64,000 nucleotides of DNA. Source: Bacteroidales bacterium (lineage in GTDB: Bacteria; Bacteroidota; Bacteroidia; Bacteroidales; Bacteroidaceae). Shown here one piece after another: positions 1 to 9,502 of this stretch. Where the stretch lies: the NCBI GenBank assembly GCA_004555425.1, contig SFID01000001.1:7635-71634 (forward strand), written 5' to 3'. The translations under genes and the position numbers were made by a program. The first letter of the stretch is position 1, and every line of letters begins with the position of its first letter. A model generated the notes under the pieces. It saw only the letters and a program-made list of their open reading frames with translations. It searched no databases and was not told where the DNA came from.

Positions 1-290
1 CTGCTGCTGGGTTGGCGGGACTTCTTGGGGTTCAGCGGGAAATTGAAGTTCATGCTGTTCACAAGCACTTCGGAAGCCTTGATTCGTTCGTAGCTGTCGG
101 GAAACAGTGTGAGCGTTTGGCGATACGAACTGTCGTTGGCCATGCCCTCAATGTTGACACGCCAGGTGCTGTCCTGCGTGACGATGAGGCGGTGAACCTC
201 CCTGGCGTCAACGATGGTGTCGGAGATGCTCGTGGCAGCCACGGGCAGGGCCGTCAGTAGGCAGAAGAGTATGGATAAATAGGTTTTCAT
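1..290 (-). CDS. 5' part of an exported/outer-membrane protein (runs off window start)
   Basis: ATG at 290; manual translation MKTYLSILFCLLTALPVAATSISDTIVDA... gives a signal peptide and stays open to position 1; last visible gene of the ECF operon. Confidence 0.65.
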   Translation of the reverse strand, partial: MKTYLSILFCLLTALPVAATSISDTIVDAREVHRLIVTQDSTWRVNIEGMANDSSYRQTLTLFPDSYERIKASEVLVNSMNFNFPLNPKKSRQPSS

Positions 291-339
291 GGTTTGTGGA
301 AGGTTTAGGGTATGAATAAATATTGATATTGATGAATCG

Positions 340-786
340 TCAGAACATAGATTTGAGTTCGTTGGCCGTGGCCTTGCCTTCTATATATATAAGGTGTATG
401 TCCTTGCCGCCATCGTGGCTTGCGCCCTTGTTGCGGTAGATGATGTAGCGGTGTGTGCCGCCTGGCAGGTCGGAGAGTTGGCAGAACACGTAGTAGAGCC
501 GCTGGCCGCGCCGCATGATTTGTTTGTCCTTTGAGGCGGCAATGTCCGCCGTGATGTTCTTCTCGAAAAGCTGCACGTCCGCCGCGGTCGGCTGTCCCAC
601 TTGCACACTGCGGAATCGGGTCAGGTTGTAACTCTTCAACTGTTTGCCGCTGAGCAGAATCGTTGTGACGTCCTTCCGCTTGGCTAGGGGAGAGTCCTTA
701 CCAAACAGGGTGGCGATGTGCAAACCCTGTTGGGCCGCCAGGGTGGCAGGCAGGAGTATGAACAGGAGGATGAGTATGCGTTTCAT
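340..786 (-). CDS. Periplasmic protein, DUF6108-like, of ECF sigma operon
   Basis: Signal peptide MKRILILLFILLPATLAAQQGL; C-terminal LIYIEGKAT..ELKSMF; context downstream of anti-sigma. Confidence 0.6.
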   Translation of the reverse strand: MKRILILLFILLPATLAAQQGLHIATLFGKDSPLAKRKDVTTILLSGKQLKSYNLTRFRSVQVGQPTAADVQLFEKNITADIAASKDKQIMRRGQRLYYVFCQLSDLPGGTHRYIIYRNKGASHDGGKDIHLIYIEGKATANELKSMF

Positions 787-799
787 AGGGTAGAGAGAA

Positions 800-1288
800 T
801 TATTCAATCGGTGTTTGAAGCATATCGGAGAGTTGTTCGCTCACGATGTCCGTTTCCTCATCGGTAGCCATCGCCGAGAGGCTTTCGCGCATCAGGTTGA
901 GCACCTCCGTTTGGTCCGTGATGCGCTCGCCGCCCACGTAGGCAATGCACTGGTCGGGCTGGGCGGAGGACGCGGGGCGCAGGTCGTGCCACAGGAAACC
1001 CGCTCCTACAGCCAGACCCACGCAGACGGCTGCCACGGCAGCGGCTTTCCATCGCGGGCGGCGGCGTTGCGCTGGCCGCGTGGCCGCTTGGCGTCCCATC
1101 GCTGTGAAGGAGAGGACAGCGCGCAGGCCGTCCCATTCGGCATCGGCCCCAGCGGGCGAGCAGACGAAGCGGAGGAGCCATTCCTCCTCCTCGCGCGTGG
1201 TCTCGGCATCCAGATAGCGGGCGGCCAGGAGGCGCGCCGTTTCGGCTGCTTGCGGATGTGAAGGGTGGGGAAGGAAGGTGCGTGTCAT
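800..1288 (-). CDS. Putative membrane anti-sigma factor
   Basis: N-terminal LLARYLDAETTREEE motif, single TM segment, CIAYVGGERITD periplasmic motif; overlaps the sigma stop. Confidence 0.7.
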   Translation of the reverse strand: MTRTFLPHPSHPQAAETARLLAARYLDAETTREEEEWLLRFVCSPAGADAEWDGLRAVLSFTAMGRQAATRPAQRRRPRWKAAAVAAVCVGLAVGAGFLWHDLRPASSAQPDQCIAYVGGERITDQTEVLNLMRESLSAMATDEETDIVSEQLSDMLQTPIE

Positions 1289-1935
1289 GGTTGTGGGGAT
1301 TTGGGGGTTGGAGAAGGGGAGGCGGGCGGCGCATCGGACTGGCCCGTGGCGTGGAGTGCCTGGTAGGTTTGCAGAATCTTGCGGCGGGCGCGCGAAAGGT
1401 GCATACGGACGGCCGTGGGCGTGGAGTGGAGTTCCGCGGCGATGGCTTCAAAACTTGCGCCTTCGTAGTCGCGGCGGCGCAGAACCAGTTGCTGTTCAGG
1501 GGTAAGCGCCTCCGCTATCAGCCTTTGTACCTCTTGCCATCGCTGTTGCGCTTCCGCTTGTCGCTCTTGCCGTTCCCATTCGGGCGGTTCGCCGCCCCCG
1601 AGTGCTTCGGGGCTATCCTCAATGTCGAGCGTCGGTGTGCGTTTGCGGAGGATGTCAATGCTGACGTGTCGTGTCGTGGTGGTGAGAATGGCGGCCGCCG
1701 CCCCGTCGTCGCGGATATCGTTGCAGCGCGTCCACATACGGCAGAAAGCATCCTGCACCGCATCTTCGGCCTCCATCCTATTGCCCAGAATGCCCTGTGC
1801 CATTTGCAGCAACCGCTTCCGCATTTTGCCAAAGGCATTGACCAGTACACCATCGCCAGCCACTTGCCGAGGTGGCGTGCGGCCATCGTTGACCGACGGC
1901 TGGGGAGGGGCGAGGGAGGGATGATGTGTGGACAT
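1285..1935 (-). CDS. ECF (sigma-70 family) RNA polymerase sigma factor
   Basis: Region 2 EAEDAVQDAFCRMW; region 4 EGASFEAIAAEL...AVRMHLSRARRKI; start uncertain. Confidence 0.9.
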   Translation of the reverse strand: MSTHHPSLAPPQPSVNDGRTPPRQVAGDGVLVNAFGKMRKRLLQMAQGILGNRMEAEDAVQDAFCRMWTRCNDIRDDGAAAAILTTTTRHVSIDILRKRTPTLDIEDSPEALGGGEPPEWERQERQAEAQQRWQEVQRLIAEALTPEQQLVLRRRDYEGASFEAIAAELHSTPTAVRMHLSRARRKILQTYQALHATGQSDAPPASPSPTPKSPQP

Positions 1936-2561
1936 AGGATGGATGGTAGGTAAGGAGGAGCGGTCGCTGGCTTGAACGTTTGCGTGAGGAAAGCATTAGC
2001 CCGCTGTGCGAGCCAGTCATCCAGAAAAGAGAAGGGAAACATCCGAAGCAAAGCAGCCAAAGCCACTTCCACCGTGCCCCTTCTATAAGGATAACGCAGC
2101 CTCCACTATTTTGTAACAGGTATCTTACCACTTTTTTGCGAAAACTGCTACAAATTTCAGTTTTTCGTAGATAATAAATGGCACGCACAACGCAAAATCT
2201 CACACATACTGCTCAGCACCTATACCTATATATTTATACGCGCGCGAGGAAGTTCGCCCAAAACGGAAAGGCAAGGTACCGCGTGAGGAAGGTGCAACGA
2301 CTGCATTTGGTTTGTATGAATAAGGAAATTGTTCTAAGCGGAAAAGCAATAAGAACGAATACGCCAAATACCATTAGCTCCTCTCGGATAAAAATTCCCA
2401 ACCCCCCACTTCCCACTCCCAACACCCCAATTCCTAATTCCTAATTCCTAATTCCTAATTGAACAAGCTCCCAATTCCCCTCCTTTTTGCCATTCCAACC
2501 TAATTTCTTAGCACAGATTTTTGAAAAATGTGCAGTTTTGCGTAAGTTTTCCGCCCAAACA

Positions 2562-2593
2562 TTTGCGTATCTAGGGAATAAACCCTATTTTTG
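2562..2593 (+). promoter_or_regulatory. Bacteroidetes sigma-A promoter of acpP
   Basis: TTTG (2562) and TATTTTTG (2586-2593) match the -33 TTTG / -7 TAnnTTTG consensus. Confidence 0.7.
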
Positions 2594-2669
2594 CAACGTG
2601 AAAACCCGACCATCGGGCGCTCCGCAGCGATAATAAACGCATATTCACTAATCTAAAACAAATAAAACT

Positions 2670-2903
2670 ATGTCAGAAATTGCAGAAAAAGTTAAGGCTA
2701 TCATCGTAGACAAACTGAGTGTTGACGCAGAGGACGTAAAGGCTGAAGCAAGCTTCGCTAACGACCTTGGTGCTGATTCTCTCGACACCGTAGAACTCAT
2801 CATGGAGTTTGAGAAGGAATTCGGTATCACTATTCCCGATGATCAGGCTGAGAAGATTTCTACCGTAGGTGACGCTATCGCTTACATTGAGAACGCTCAG
2901 TAA
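2670..2903 (+). CDS. acpP: Acyl carrier protein
   Basis: [26 protein letters not shown] phosphopantetheine motif, 77 aa. Confidence 0.98.
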   Translation: MSEIAEKVKAIIVDKLSVDAEDVKAEASFANDLGADSLDTVELIMEFEKEFGITIPDDQAEKISTVGDAIAYIENAQ

Positions 2904-3108
2904 TCAGCACTCTCACAAGAATTTCTCCCTTTGATAGCTTACTTAGAAGCTACAAAACGACAGCGAATTTGCAAATTTGATGATCACAGCCCCGTGAGCA
3001 ATCTCTGCTGGCCGAGGTGTGACTCACAAATTCGCAAATTCGTTTTTTCGTTTTTCTAGGTAGGTTCTTCATTCTAGAACATAGACAAACCTAAAACAAA
3101 TTCATATT

Positions 3109-4374
3109 ATGGAATTGAAAAGAGTGGTCGTCACAGGTCTCGGTGCCTTGACCCCCGTCGGTAACACTGTGGCCGAAACTTGGGAAAACATTAAGAATGG
3201 TGTCAGCGGTGCTGCACCTATCACCCACTTTGATGCTTCCAACTTCAAGGCCCAGTTTGCTTGCGAGGTGAAGGGCTTTAAGGCTACCGACTTCCTCGAC
3301 CGCAAAGAGGTGCGCAAGATGGACCTCTACGAGCAGTACGCCCTCGTGGCTGCCCAAGAGGCTGTCAAGGATAGCGGTATGGACCTCGAAACTGTTGACA
3401 AGAACCGCATCGGCGTAATCCTCGGTGTAGGTATCGGCGGCATCCATACGTTTGAAGAAGAAGCCGGCAACTGGGCTGTCAATGGCGCAACCATGGGCCC
3501 CAAGTTCAATCCCTTCTTCATCCCCAAGATGATTGCCGACATCGCTGCTGGTCAGATTTCTATCCAGTACGGTTTCCACGGCCCTAACTATACCACGACT
3601 TCGGCTTGCGCCTCTTCGACCAACGCCTTCGCCGATGCGTTCAACCTCATCCGCTTGGGCAAGGCCAACGCCATCATCACGGGTGGTGCCGAGGCCGCCA
3701 TTTGGCCCTGCGGCGTAGGTGGCTTCACCGCTATGCACGCCCTTTCCACCCGCAACGACGACCCCGCACGCGCTTCCCGTCCCTTCAGCAAGAGCCGCGA
3801 CGGTTTCGTGATGGGTGAAGGCGCTGGTATTCTCGTGCTCGAAGAACTGGAGCACGCCAAGGCCCGCGGCGCAAAGATTTATTGCGAAGTGGCAGGTGTA
3901 GGTATGTCGGCCGATGCCCACCATATCACTGCCAGCCATCCCGAAGGCCTGGGTGCTAACCTCGTCATGAGCAACGCACTCGAAGATGCCGAGATGAAGC
4001 CCGAGGATATCGACTATATCAACGTACACGGCACCTCCACGCCCGTGGGCGATATCTCCGAGGTCAAGGCTATCACCAAACTCTTCGGTGAGCACGCCTA
4101 CAAACTCAATATCAGCTCCACCAAGTCTATGACGGGCCACCTCCTCGGTGCTGCTGGCGCAGTCGAAGCACTTATCTGCTGCCTCTCCGTGCAGAACGAC
4201 ATCGTGCCGCCCACCATCAACCACGAAGAGGGCGACGAGGACGAGAATATTGACTACAACCTCAACTTCACGTTCAACAAGGCACAGCAGCGCACCGTGC
4301 GCGCCGCACTGAGCAACACCTTCGGCTTCGGTGGCCACAACGCTTGCTGCATCCTCAAGAAGTATGTGGACTAA
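3109..4374 (+). CDS. fabF: Beta-ketoacyl-ACP synthase II
   Basis: RVVVTGLG, TSACASS, HGTST, KSMTGHLLGAAG, SNTFGFGGHN motifs. Confidence 0.97.
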   Translation: MELKRVVVTGLGALTPVGNTVAETWENIKNGVSGAAPITHFDASNFKAQFACEVKGFKATDFLDRKEVRKMDLYEQYALVAAQEAVKDSGMDLETVDKNRIGVILGVGIGGIHTFEEEAGNWAVNGATMGPKFNPFFIPKMIADIAAGQISIQYGFHGPNYTTTSACASSTNAFADAFNLIRLGKANAIITGGAEAAIWPCGVGGFTAMHALSTRNDDPARASRPFSKSRDGFVMGEGAGILVLEELEHAKARGAKIYCEVAGVGMSADAHHITASHPEGLGANLVMSNALEDAEMKPEDIDYINVHGTSTPVGDISEVKAITKLFGEHAYKLNISSTKSMTGHLLGAAGAVEALICCLSVQNDIVPPTINHEEGDEDENIDYNLNFTFNKAQQRTVRAALSNTFGFGGHNACCILKKYVD

Positions 4375-4526
4375 TCCATAGTCCTTTTTCCTAGTTACTC
4401 GATTCCAAGTTTCAAGTTCCAGGTTTCAGATTCCCCCATCCCATCTCCTTCCCCCTTTGAAGAGTCTGAAACAGAAGCCGAGCGCTTCGTTGGAGCCTGA
4501 AACTTGGAATCATATTCCATCTATTT

Positions 4527-6248
4527 ATGCTCTCCAATCTATTAGACCGCATAAAACTCCACTTCCAGAAAGACAGCGAACTGCGCAAGGCGCTCCATAG
4601 TATGCTCGGATTCTATCCCCGCAACCTCGAGATTTACCGCATCGCCCTTGCCCACAAATCCCACGTATATCGCAACCGCAAGGGACGCTCTTTCAACAAC
4701 GAACGACTGGAATTTCTTGGCGACGCCATCCTCGAGGCCGTAGTGAGCGACATCGTATTCCATCGCTTCGAGCGTCGTTCGGAAGGATTCCTCACCAGCA
4801 CGCGCAGCAAAATCGTACAGCGCTCCTCCCTCAACCGCCTGGCCAAGGAGATTGGCCTAGAGCGGCTGCTCCAAGTGCCCTCCCAGCGTCGCGGCCACAA
4901 TAGCAATATCGGTGGCAATGCCTTCGAGGCCCTCGTCGGTGCCATCTATCTTGACCGCGGCTACAAGACTTGCCAATGGTTCGTTGAGAACAAAATCGTG
5001 GGTTGCCTGCTCGACATCGAAAACGTGGCCAACAAGGAAGTCAACTTCAAGAGTAAACTCCTCGAGTGGACGCAGAAGAACCGCGTACAGGTTGACTTTG
5101 AGAACGAAGAAACCCTTGACGAGAAGAACGACAGTCCTCTCTTCAATAGCACCATCCTGCTCGAAGGTCTCACCGCAGGCGAGGGCCGCGGTTACTCCAA
5201 GAAGGAAAGCCAGCAGCGTGCTTCGCGCGATGCCCTCACCCGTCTCCGCCGCGATCCCCTCTTCGTAGAATCCATCTTCGATGAGAAATCCAAGCGCATC
5301 TCTATGGAGGCCACCCTCATCTATGCTCCGCCCGTGATTGAGGAAATCGAAGAGGCACTCCGCGAAGAGGCACAGCAGGCCGAAAGGGCCAAGCGCAAGG
5401 AACAGGCCCGCCGCGAAGAGAAACCTAGAAACCGCAAAGCCGCTCCCAAGGCTGATGCACCAAAGAAGGAGGCTGACGCACCCGCACTGGCTAAGGCTGA
5501 CGCACCGAAGAAGGAGGCTGATGCGCCGAAGAAGGAAGTGACCAAACAGGCCAAGCCTGCTCCCGCGAAAGAGAAGTCCGCGCCTGCGAAAGAGAAGCCC
5601 GCTCCCGCCAAGGCCAAGCCTGCTCCCGCAAAAGAGAAGCCCGCGCCCGCCGAGGAGAAAGCGAAACAAGAAACGGAGCAGCCCAGCGAGATTGTGCTGG
5701 CTCCCGTTCCAGAAAAGGAAACTCCTGCTCCTGCTCCCGCGGCTGTTCTCGATGTGCCCGCTCCCGCTGCTTCGGCTGCCAACGAATCCGAGGAGGCCGT
5801 ACCAGCAGTAGCCAAGAAATCGCGCAAGGCCCATCGTGGTAGTGGCGCTCGCCGCAATCCCAACCAGCCCGCGCCCACTCCGACAGTTGCACCCGCCCAA
5901 GCGCCCGCCGAGCCCGCACCAACGGAGAAGGAGGCTGCCGTTCCAGCGAAGGAGGCCGCTGCCCAACCGAAGGAGGCTGCAAAACCTGCAAGGAAGAAGG
6001 CCCAGCCCAAAGCCAAACCTGCCGCTCCCAAATCTGAAACTAAGGAGCCCAAGTCAGAGGCCAAGGATTCCAAGTCAGAGGCCAAGGAATCCAAGTCAGA
6101 GGCCGCCACAGAAACCCAAGCCGCACCGCAGAAGCGAGCACGCAGAACGCGCAAGCCAAATCCCGCGCCTGCTCAGCCAACGGCCGAGGAATTGAAAGCG
6201 CGCGAGGCTGCTATTCAAGCAGCCGAGGACGCCGCCTATGCAGAATAA
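4527..6248 (+). CDS. rnc: Ribonuclease III with long low-complexity C-terminal extension
   Basis: NERLEFLGDAIL signature, FEALVGAIYLDRG, dsRBD (NFKSKLLEW...GYSKKESQQRA); ~300 aa A/P/K/E-rich tail. Confidence 0.95.
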   Translation: MLSNLLDRIKLHFQKDSELRKALHSMLGFYPRNLEIYRIALAHKSHVYRNRKGRSFNNERLEFLGDAILEAVVSDIVFHRFERRSEGFLTSTRSKIVQRSSLNRLAKEIGLERLLQVPSQRRGHNSNIGGNAFEALVGAIYLDRGYKTCQWFVENKIVGCLLDIENVANKEVNFKSKLLEWTQKNRVQVDFENEETLDEKNDSPLFNSTILLEGLTAGEGRGYSKKESQQRASRDALTRLRRDPLFVESIFDEKSKRISMEATLIYAPPVIEEIEEALREEAQQAERAKRKEQARREEKPRNRKAAPKADAPKKEADAPALAKADAPKKEADAPKKEVTKQAKPAPAKEKSAPAKEKPAPAKAKPAPAKEKPAPAEEKAKQETEQPSEIVLAPVPEKETPAPAPAAVLDVPAPAASAANESEEAVPAVAKKSRKAHRGSGARRNPNQPAPTPTVAPAQAPAEPAPTEKEAAVPAKEAAAQPKEAAKPARKKAQPKAKPAAPKSETKEPKSEAKDSKSEAKESKSEAATETQAAPQKRARRTRKPNPAPAQPTAEELKAREAAIQAAEDAAYAE

Positions 6249-6267
6249 TCCTCCTACTTACAATCAT

Positions 6268-6304
6268 AAAAGACCGCACGTTGCCAGCAGCGTGCGGTCT
6301 TTTT
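6268..6304 (+). terminator. Intrinsic terminator after rnc
   Basis: AAAAGACCGCACG-loop-CGTGCGGTCTTTT hairpin with T run. Confidence 0.75.
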
Positions 6305-6429
6305 GTGGTTGCTTGCGGGCTTTTCCGATTGTGGTAAGGCTTTCCCGATTTTCCATAAGGACTTTCCCGATTTTCATAAGGCTTTCCCGATTTTTTATGT
6401 CAGGAATCGCCATCCCGCTCTGCGTCATT

Positions 6430-6600
6430 CCCGTTTCGCTTCGGCATATTGTCAGCGACCCGCGCCCGCAGGTCGCGCGACCCGCGCCCGCAGGTCGCGC
6501 GACCCGCGCCCGCAGGTCGTGTGACCCGCGCCCGCAGGTCACGCGACCCGCGCCCGCGGGTCGCTGACAATCTCGGAGAAAAAAACGGAAATCTCCGACT
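6430..6600. repeat. Element with 21-bp GC-rich hairpin tandem repeats (copy 1)
   Basis: ~5 x GACCCGCGCCCGCAGGTCGCG with flanks shared with 36877-37045. Confidence 0.85.
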
Positions 6601-6688
6601 TTGAAACGGAAAAGTGCCACATCTGGCTCGCGATGAATACCAGATTTCGGCTCAGAGGTGAGGATAGAAATTTTCAAAAAAAATAAAG

Positions 6689-6800
6689 CCGCACGTTGCT
6701 CGTGTGGCTCGGCGATTGACGGAAGTTTGTTCTATTTGTACACACCTCCTTCTGATAACCATTTCCGTGGAGCCACAGCGAGCAACGTGCGGTACATTGC
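6689..6800. repeat. Palindromic element family GCAATGTACCGCACGTTGC(TCG)TGTGGCTC
   Basis: Inverted arms CCGCACGTTGCTCGTGTGGCTC / GAGCCACAGCGAGCAACGTGCGG; relatives at 49782-49931 and 60142-60312. Confidence 0.8.
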
Positions 6801-6832
6801 ATTTCCGCTGAGAATAAACTTCTTGCTTGCTC

Positions 6833-7768
6833 TCAGTCCACCAAGTGATTCGCAATAGCGTAAATCGTGAGGCCCGCCACGGAATGGATTTGCAATTTGC
6901 GGGCGATGTTCTTGCGGTGCGTGATGACCGTGTTGGTGGAGATATAGAGATGAGTGGCGATTTCCTTGTTGGTCATGCCCTGAACGAGGCAGATGATGAT
7001 TTCGCGCTCGCGCTGTGAGAGGGCATCCTTGCCTTCCGCCTCGCGAATCATTTCCGTCAGTCGCGGAGCCACGCTGTCCGTTTCGGCGCGCTTCTCCAAG
7101 CGGCGCACGGTGGGTACGAGCAAGCAATCTTCCACGTGGCAGTGGTTGGCTAACCATTCCTCCATATTATATATGTCGTAGAGAGTGTCGGTGAGTTGGT
7201 TGTTCGAGAGATTGTCGTGGGGCAGGTATTTGATGATGATGTTTTTCAGTTCGTGAAACTTGATAGAGATGCTCTGGTGGTGCTTCGAGAAAGAGTCCAC
7301 AGCATTCTTCTCCGTCCGTTCGCCCTGCACGAGTGCCTGAATATAGGGGAAGAAAGTCTGCTCTTCGTAGAGCATGTGGCGGCGCACGCTATGGGCGTAG
7401 TCGTCGTAGAGATGCAGGATGATGGCCGTGCGGGCATCCTCGGCGTGGAGCGAACTTTCCAGTTTTTTGCGGATAGAGGGCAGTTGATAGTCGATGGAGA
7501 AGCGGTGGGAGGCCAGGAGGTAGCCCATCAGCGTCTTGACCGAAATGCGCTCGTCCGCTTCGCCTGGCGACATGCCGTTGATGAGGAAATTGGTGGTGGC
7601 CAGAAAGGTGTAACAGTCCACGTCCTGTTCGTGGCACACCTCCTGCACCGTCTTGTCGCCGAAGCCAAGGCGTATGCCAAATGCCGCCAGGCATTGCAGC
7701 ATGCTGTAGTTGTCGCTGATGAGGTCAATCATCTTGTCATCGGCCTCGTAGAGTTTGATCTTTTTCAT
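6833..7768 (-). CDS. LuxR-family regulator with N-terminal ScdA/hemerythrin-like domain
   Basis: FGIRLGFGDKTVQEVC N-terminus, H..Y/HM.YEE/H..VED hemerythrin-like motifs, C-terminal LSQREREII...GMTNKEIA.HLYISTNTVITHRKNI HTH. Confidence 0.88.
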   Translation of the reverse strand: MKKIKLYEADDKMIDLISDNYSMLQCLAAFGIRLGFGDKTVQEVCHEQDVDCYTFLATTNFLINGMSPGEADERISVKTLMGYLLASHRFSIDYQLPSIRKKLESSLHAEDARTAIILHLYDDYAHSVRRHMLYEEQTFFPYIQALVQGERTEKNAVDSFSKHHQSISIKFHELKNIIIKYLPHDNLSNNQLTDTLYDIYNMEEWLANHCHVEDCLLVPTVRRLEKRAETDSVAPRLTEMIREAEGKDALSQREREIIICLVQGMTNKEIATHLYISTNTVITHRKNIARKLQIHSVAGLTIYAIANHLVD

Positions 7769-8069
7769 CGTAGAGGAAAATCTGGGAAGAGGTTGGGAAG
7801 GATAGGAAGGGCGGAAGCCATCGGCTCTCCCAACAGGGCTGTGGCTGAAAATGCCAGTGCAAAGTTCGGACTTTTAGGGCGGACGGCCAATCCTCATATC
7901 TAGGTATTTTTGCCGCAAGGCCTCGTTCTCATCCCCCAAAATGGTTAGTCTCTTCCCCAAAAGTTGGGAGTGGGGGACAAGGGGCGGGGAGGAGAAACAC
8001 CCATTTTTGGGTATTGCAAACGGCAGAGAGAAGCCCGAACTTTGCAGTCGGAAAACAACAAGCCCAAAT

Positions 8070-9467
8070 ATGCGATTCAGAATTCTTACACTCATGATGT
8101 TGATGACAGTGGTGGCAACTGCGGAAGGCCAGGCCGTGACGGTGGATGCCGTGACGGGAGCCACGCCGCAGGTGCCAGACACTGCCGAACAGAAGAAAAA
8201 GTCCCGCTTCCTCCAACGCCTGCGCCTGGGCGGCTATGGCGAGGCCGTCGTGGCGCGCAATTTCTACAGCCAGAGTTTCAACCGCTACAACGCCCCCGCC
8301 CGCTACAAGAACGACGAGAGCCATGGCGAGTTCGACCTGCCCCATGTGACGTTCAACCTCGGCTTCGACTTCGGCCGCGGTTGGACCTTGGGCACCGAAA
8401 TAGAGTTTGAGCACGGCGGCAACGAGACTGCCGTTGAAATAGAAGCCGAAGAGTCTGGCGAATACGAGGCCGAAACCGAAAAGGGTGGCGAGGTGGCCAT
8501 CGAGCAATTCTGGTTGAACAAGGAGTTTCTCCGCGGAAAATTGAACGTGCGGGCTGGCGAAATCATCGTGCCCGTGGGCTACAGCAACGCCTACCACGAG
8601 CCGCTCAACTTCTTCACCTGCTACCGTCCCGAGGGCGAGGCCACGATACTCCCCAATACGTGGCACCAACTCGGCCTGTCGCTCTGGGGCCGCGTGAAGG
8701 ACTGGCGCTACGAGGTGCAACTGCTCTCCGCGCTCAATTCCGAGAGTTTCACGGCCGAGAAGTTCGTGCACCAAGGCGCCACGAGCCCCTACGAATACAA
8801 GGTGGCCAACTGCTACGCAACGGCCCTGCGCCTGGACAACTATTCGCTGAAAGGATTGCGCGTGGGCCTGAGCGGCTACTACGGGTATACCTTCCGCAAT
8901 TCGCTCAAGACGCCTGGCGCGTCGTACGATGACGTGAAGGGCGCGCTCGGAATCATTTCGGGCGATTTCGCGTTGAAGCGTTGGAACTGGATAGTCCGCG
9001 GCGGCGTAGTCTATGCCCACCTCTCCGATGCCGACCGCATCTCCGCCTACAACAAGGCCAACTCCACCCACCATAAATACCAAGACGGCAACCCCTTCCA
9101 CAACACTAACATTGCCTCGGCCGCCTTGGCCGTCAGTGTGGAGGCGGGCTACGACATCTTCTCGCAGATTCATCGCCTCCGTCAGGCAGGCCAGCGCCTC
9201 TACCTCTTCGGCCGCTTCGACCATTACGACAGTATGTACAAGGGCACCTACCGCCAGCAGTACCGCTACTGCGCGCCCTTCGTGACAACGGTCGGTATCA
9301 ACTACCATCCCATTCCCCAGATTGTGGTCAAGGGCGAATATGCCTACCGCGCCTTCCGCCAGCCCAACAACCACGGCCTCCATTCCGACAGCCCGCTCTA
9401 CGTGGCACCCTATAACAACGAACCCAGCCTGCGCCTGAGCATTGCATTCCAAGGTTGGTTCCTCTGA
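8070..9467 (+). CDS. Outer-membrane beta-barrel (porin-like) protein of iron-uptake locus
   Basis: Signal peptide, LGGYGEA, EIEFEHGG, GGEVAIEQFW motifs, aromatic C-terminus FQGWFL. Confidence 0.75.
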   Translation: MRFRILTLMMLMTVVATAEGQAVTVDAVTGATPQVPDTAEQKKKSRFLQRLRLGGYGEAVVARNFYSQSFNRYNAPARYKNDESHGEFDLPHVTFNLGFDFGRGWTLGTEIEFEHGGNETAVEIEAEESGEYEAETEKGGEVAIEQFWLNKEFLRGKLNVRAGEIIVPVGYSNAYHEPLNFFTCYRPEGEATILPNTWHQLGLSLWGRVKDWRYEVQLLSALNSESFTAEKFVHQGATSPYEYKVANCYATALRLDNYSLKGLRVGLSGYYGYTFRNSLKTPGASYDDVKGALGIISGDFALKRWNWIVRGGVVYAHLSDADRISAYNKANSTHHKYQDGNPFHNTNIASAALAVSVEAGYDIFSQIHRLRQAGQRLYLFGRFDHYDSMYKGTYRQQYRYCAPFVTTVGINYHPIPQIVVKGEYAYRAFRQPNNHGLHSDSPLYVAPYNNEPSLRLSIAFQGWFL

Positions 9468-9502
9468 GAAATTTCTTACTCCAATAATCTATAACGTAAA
9501 AG

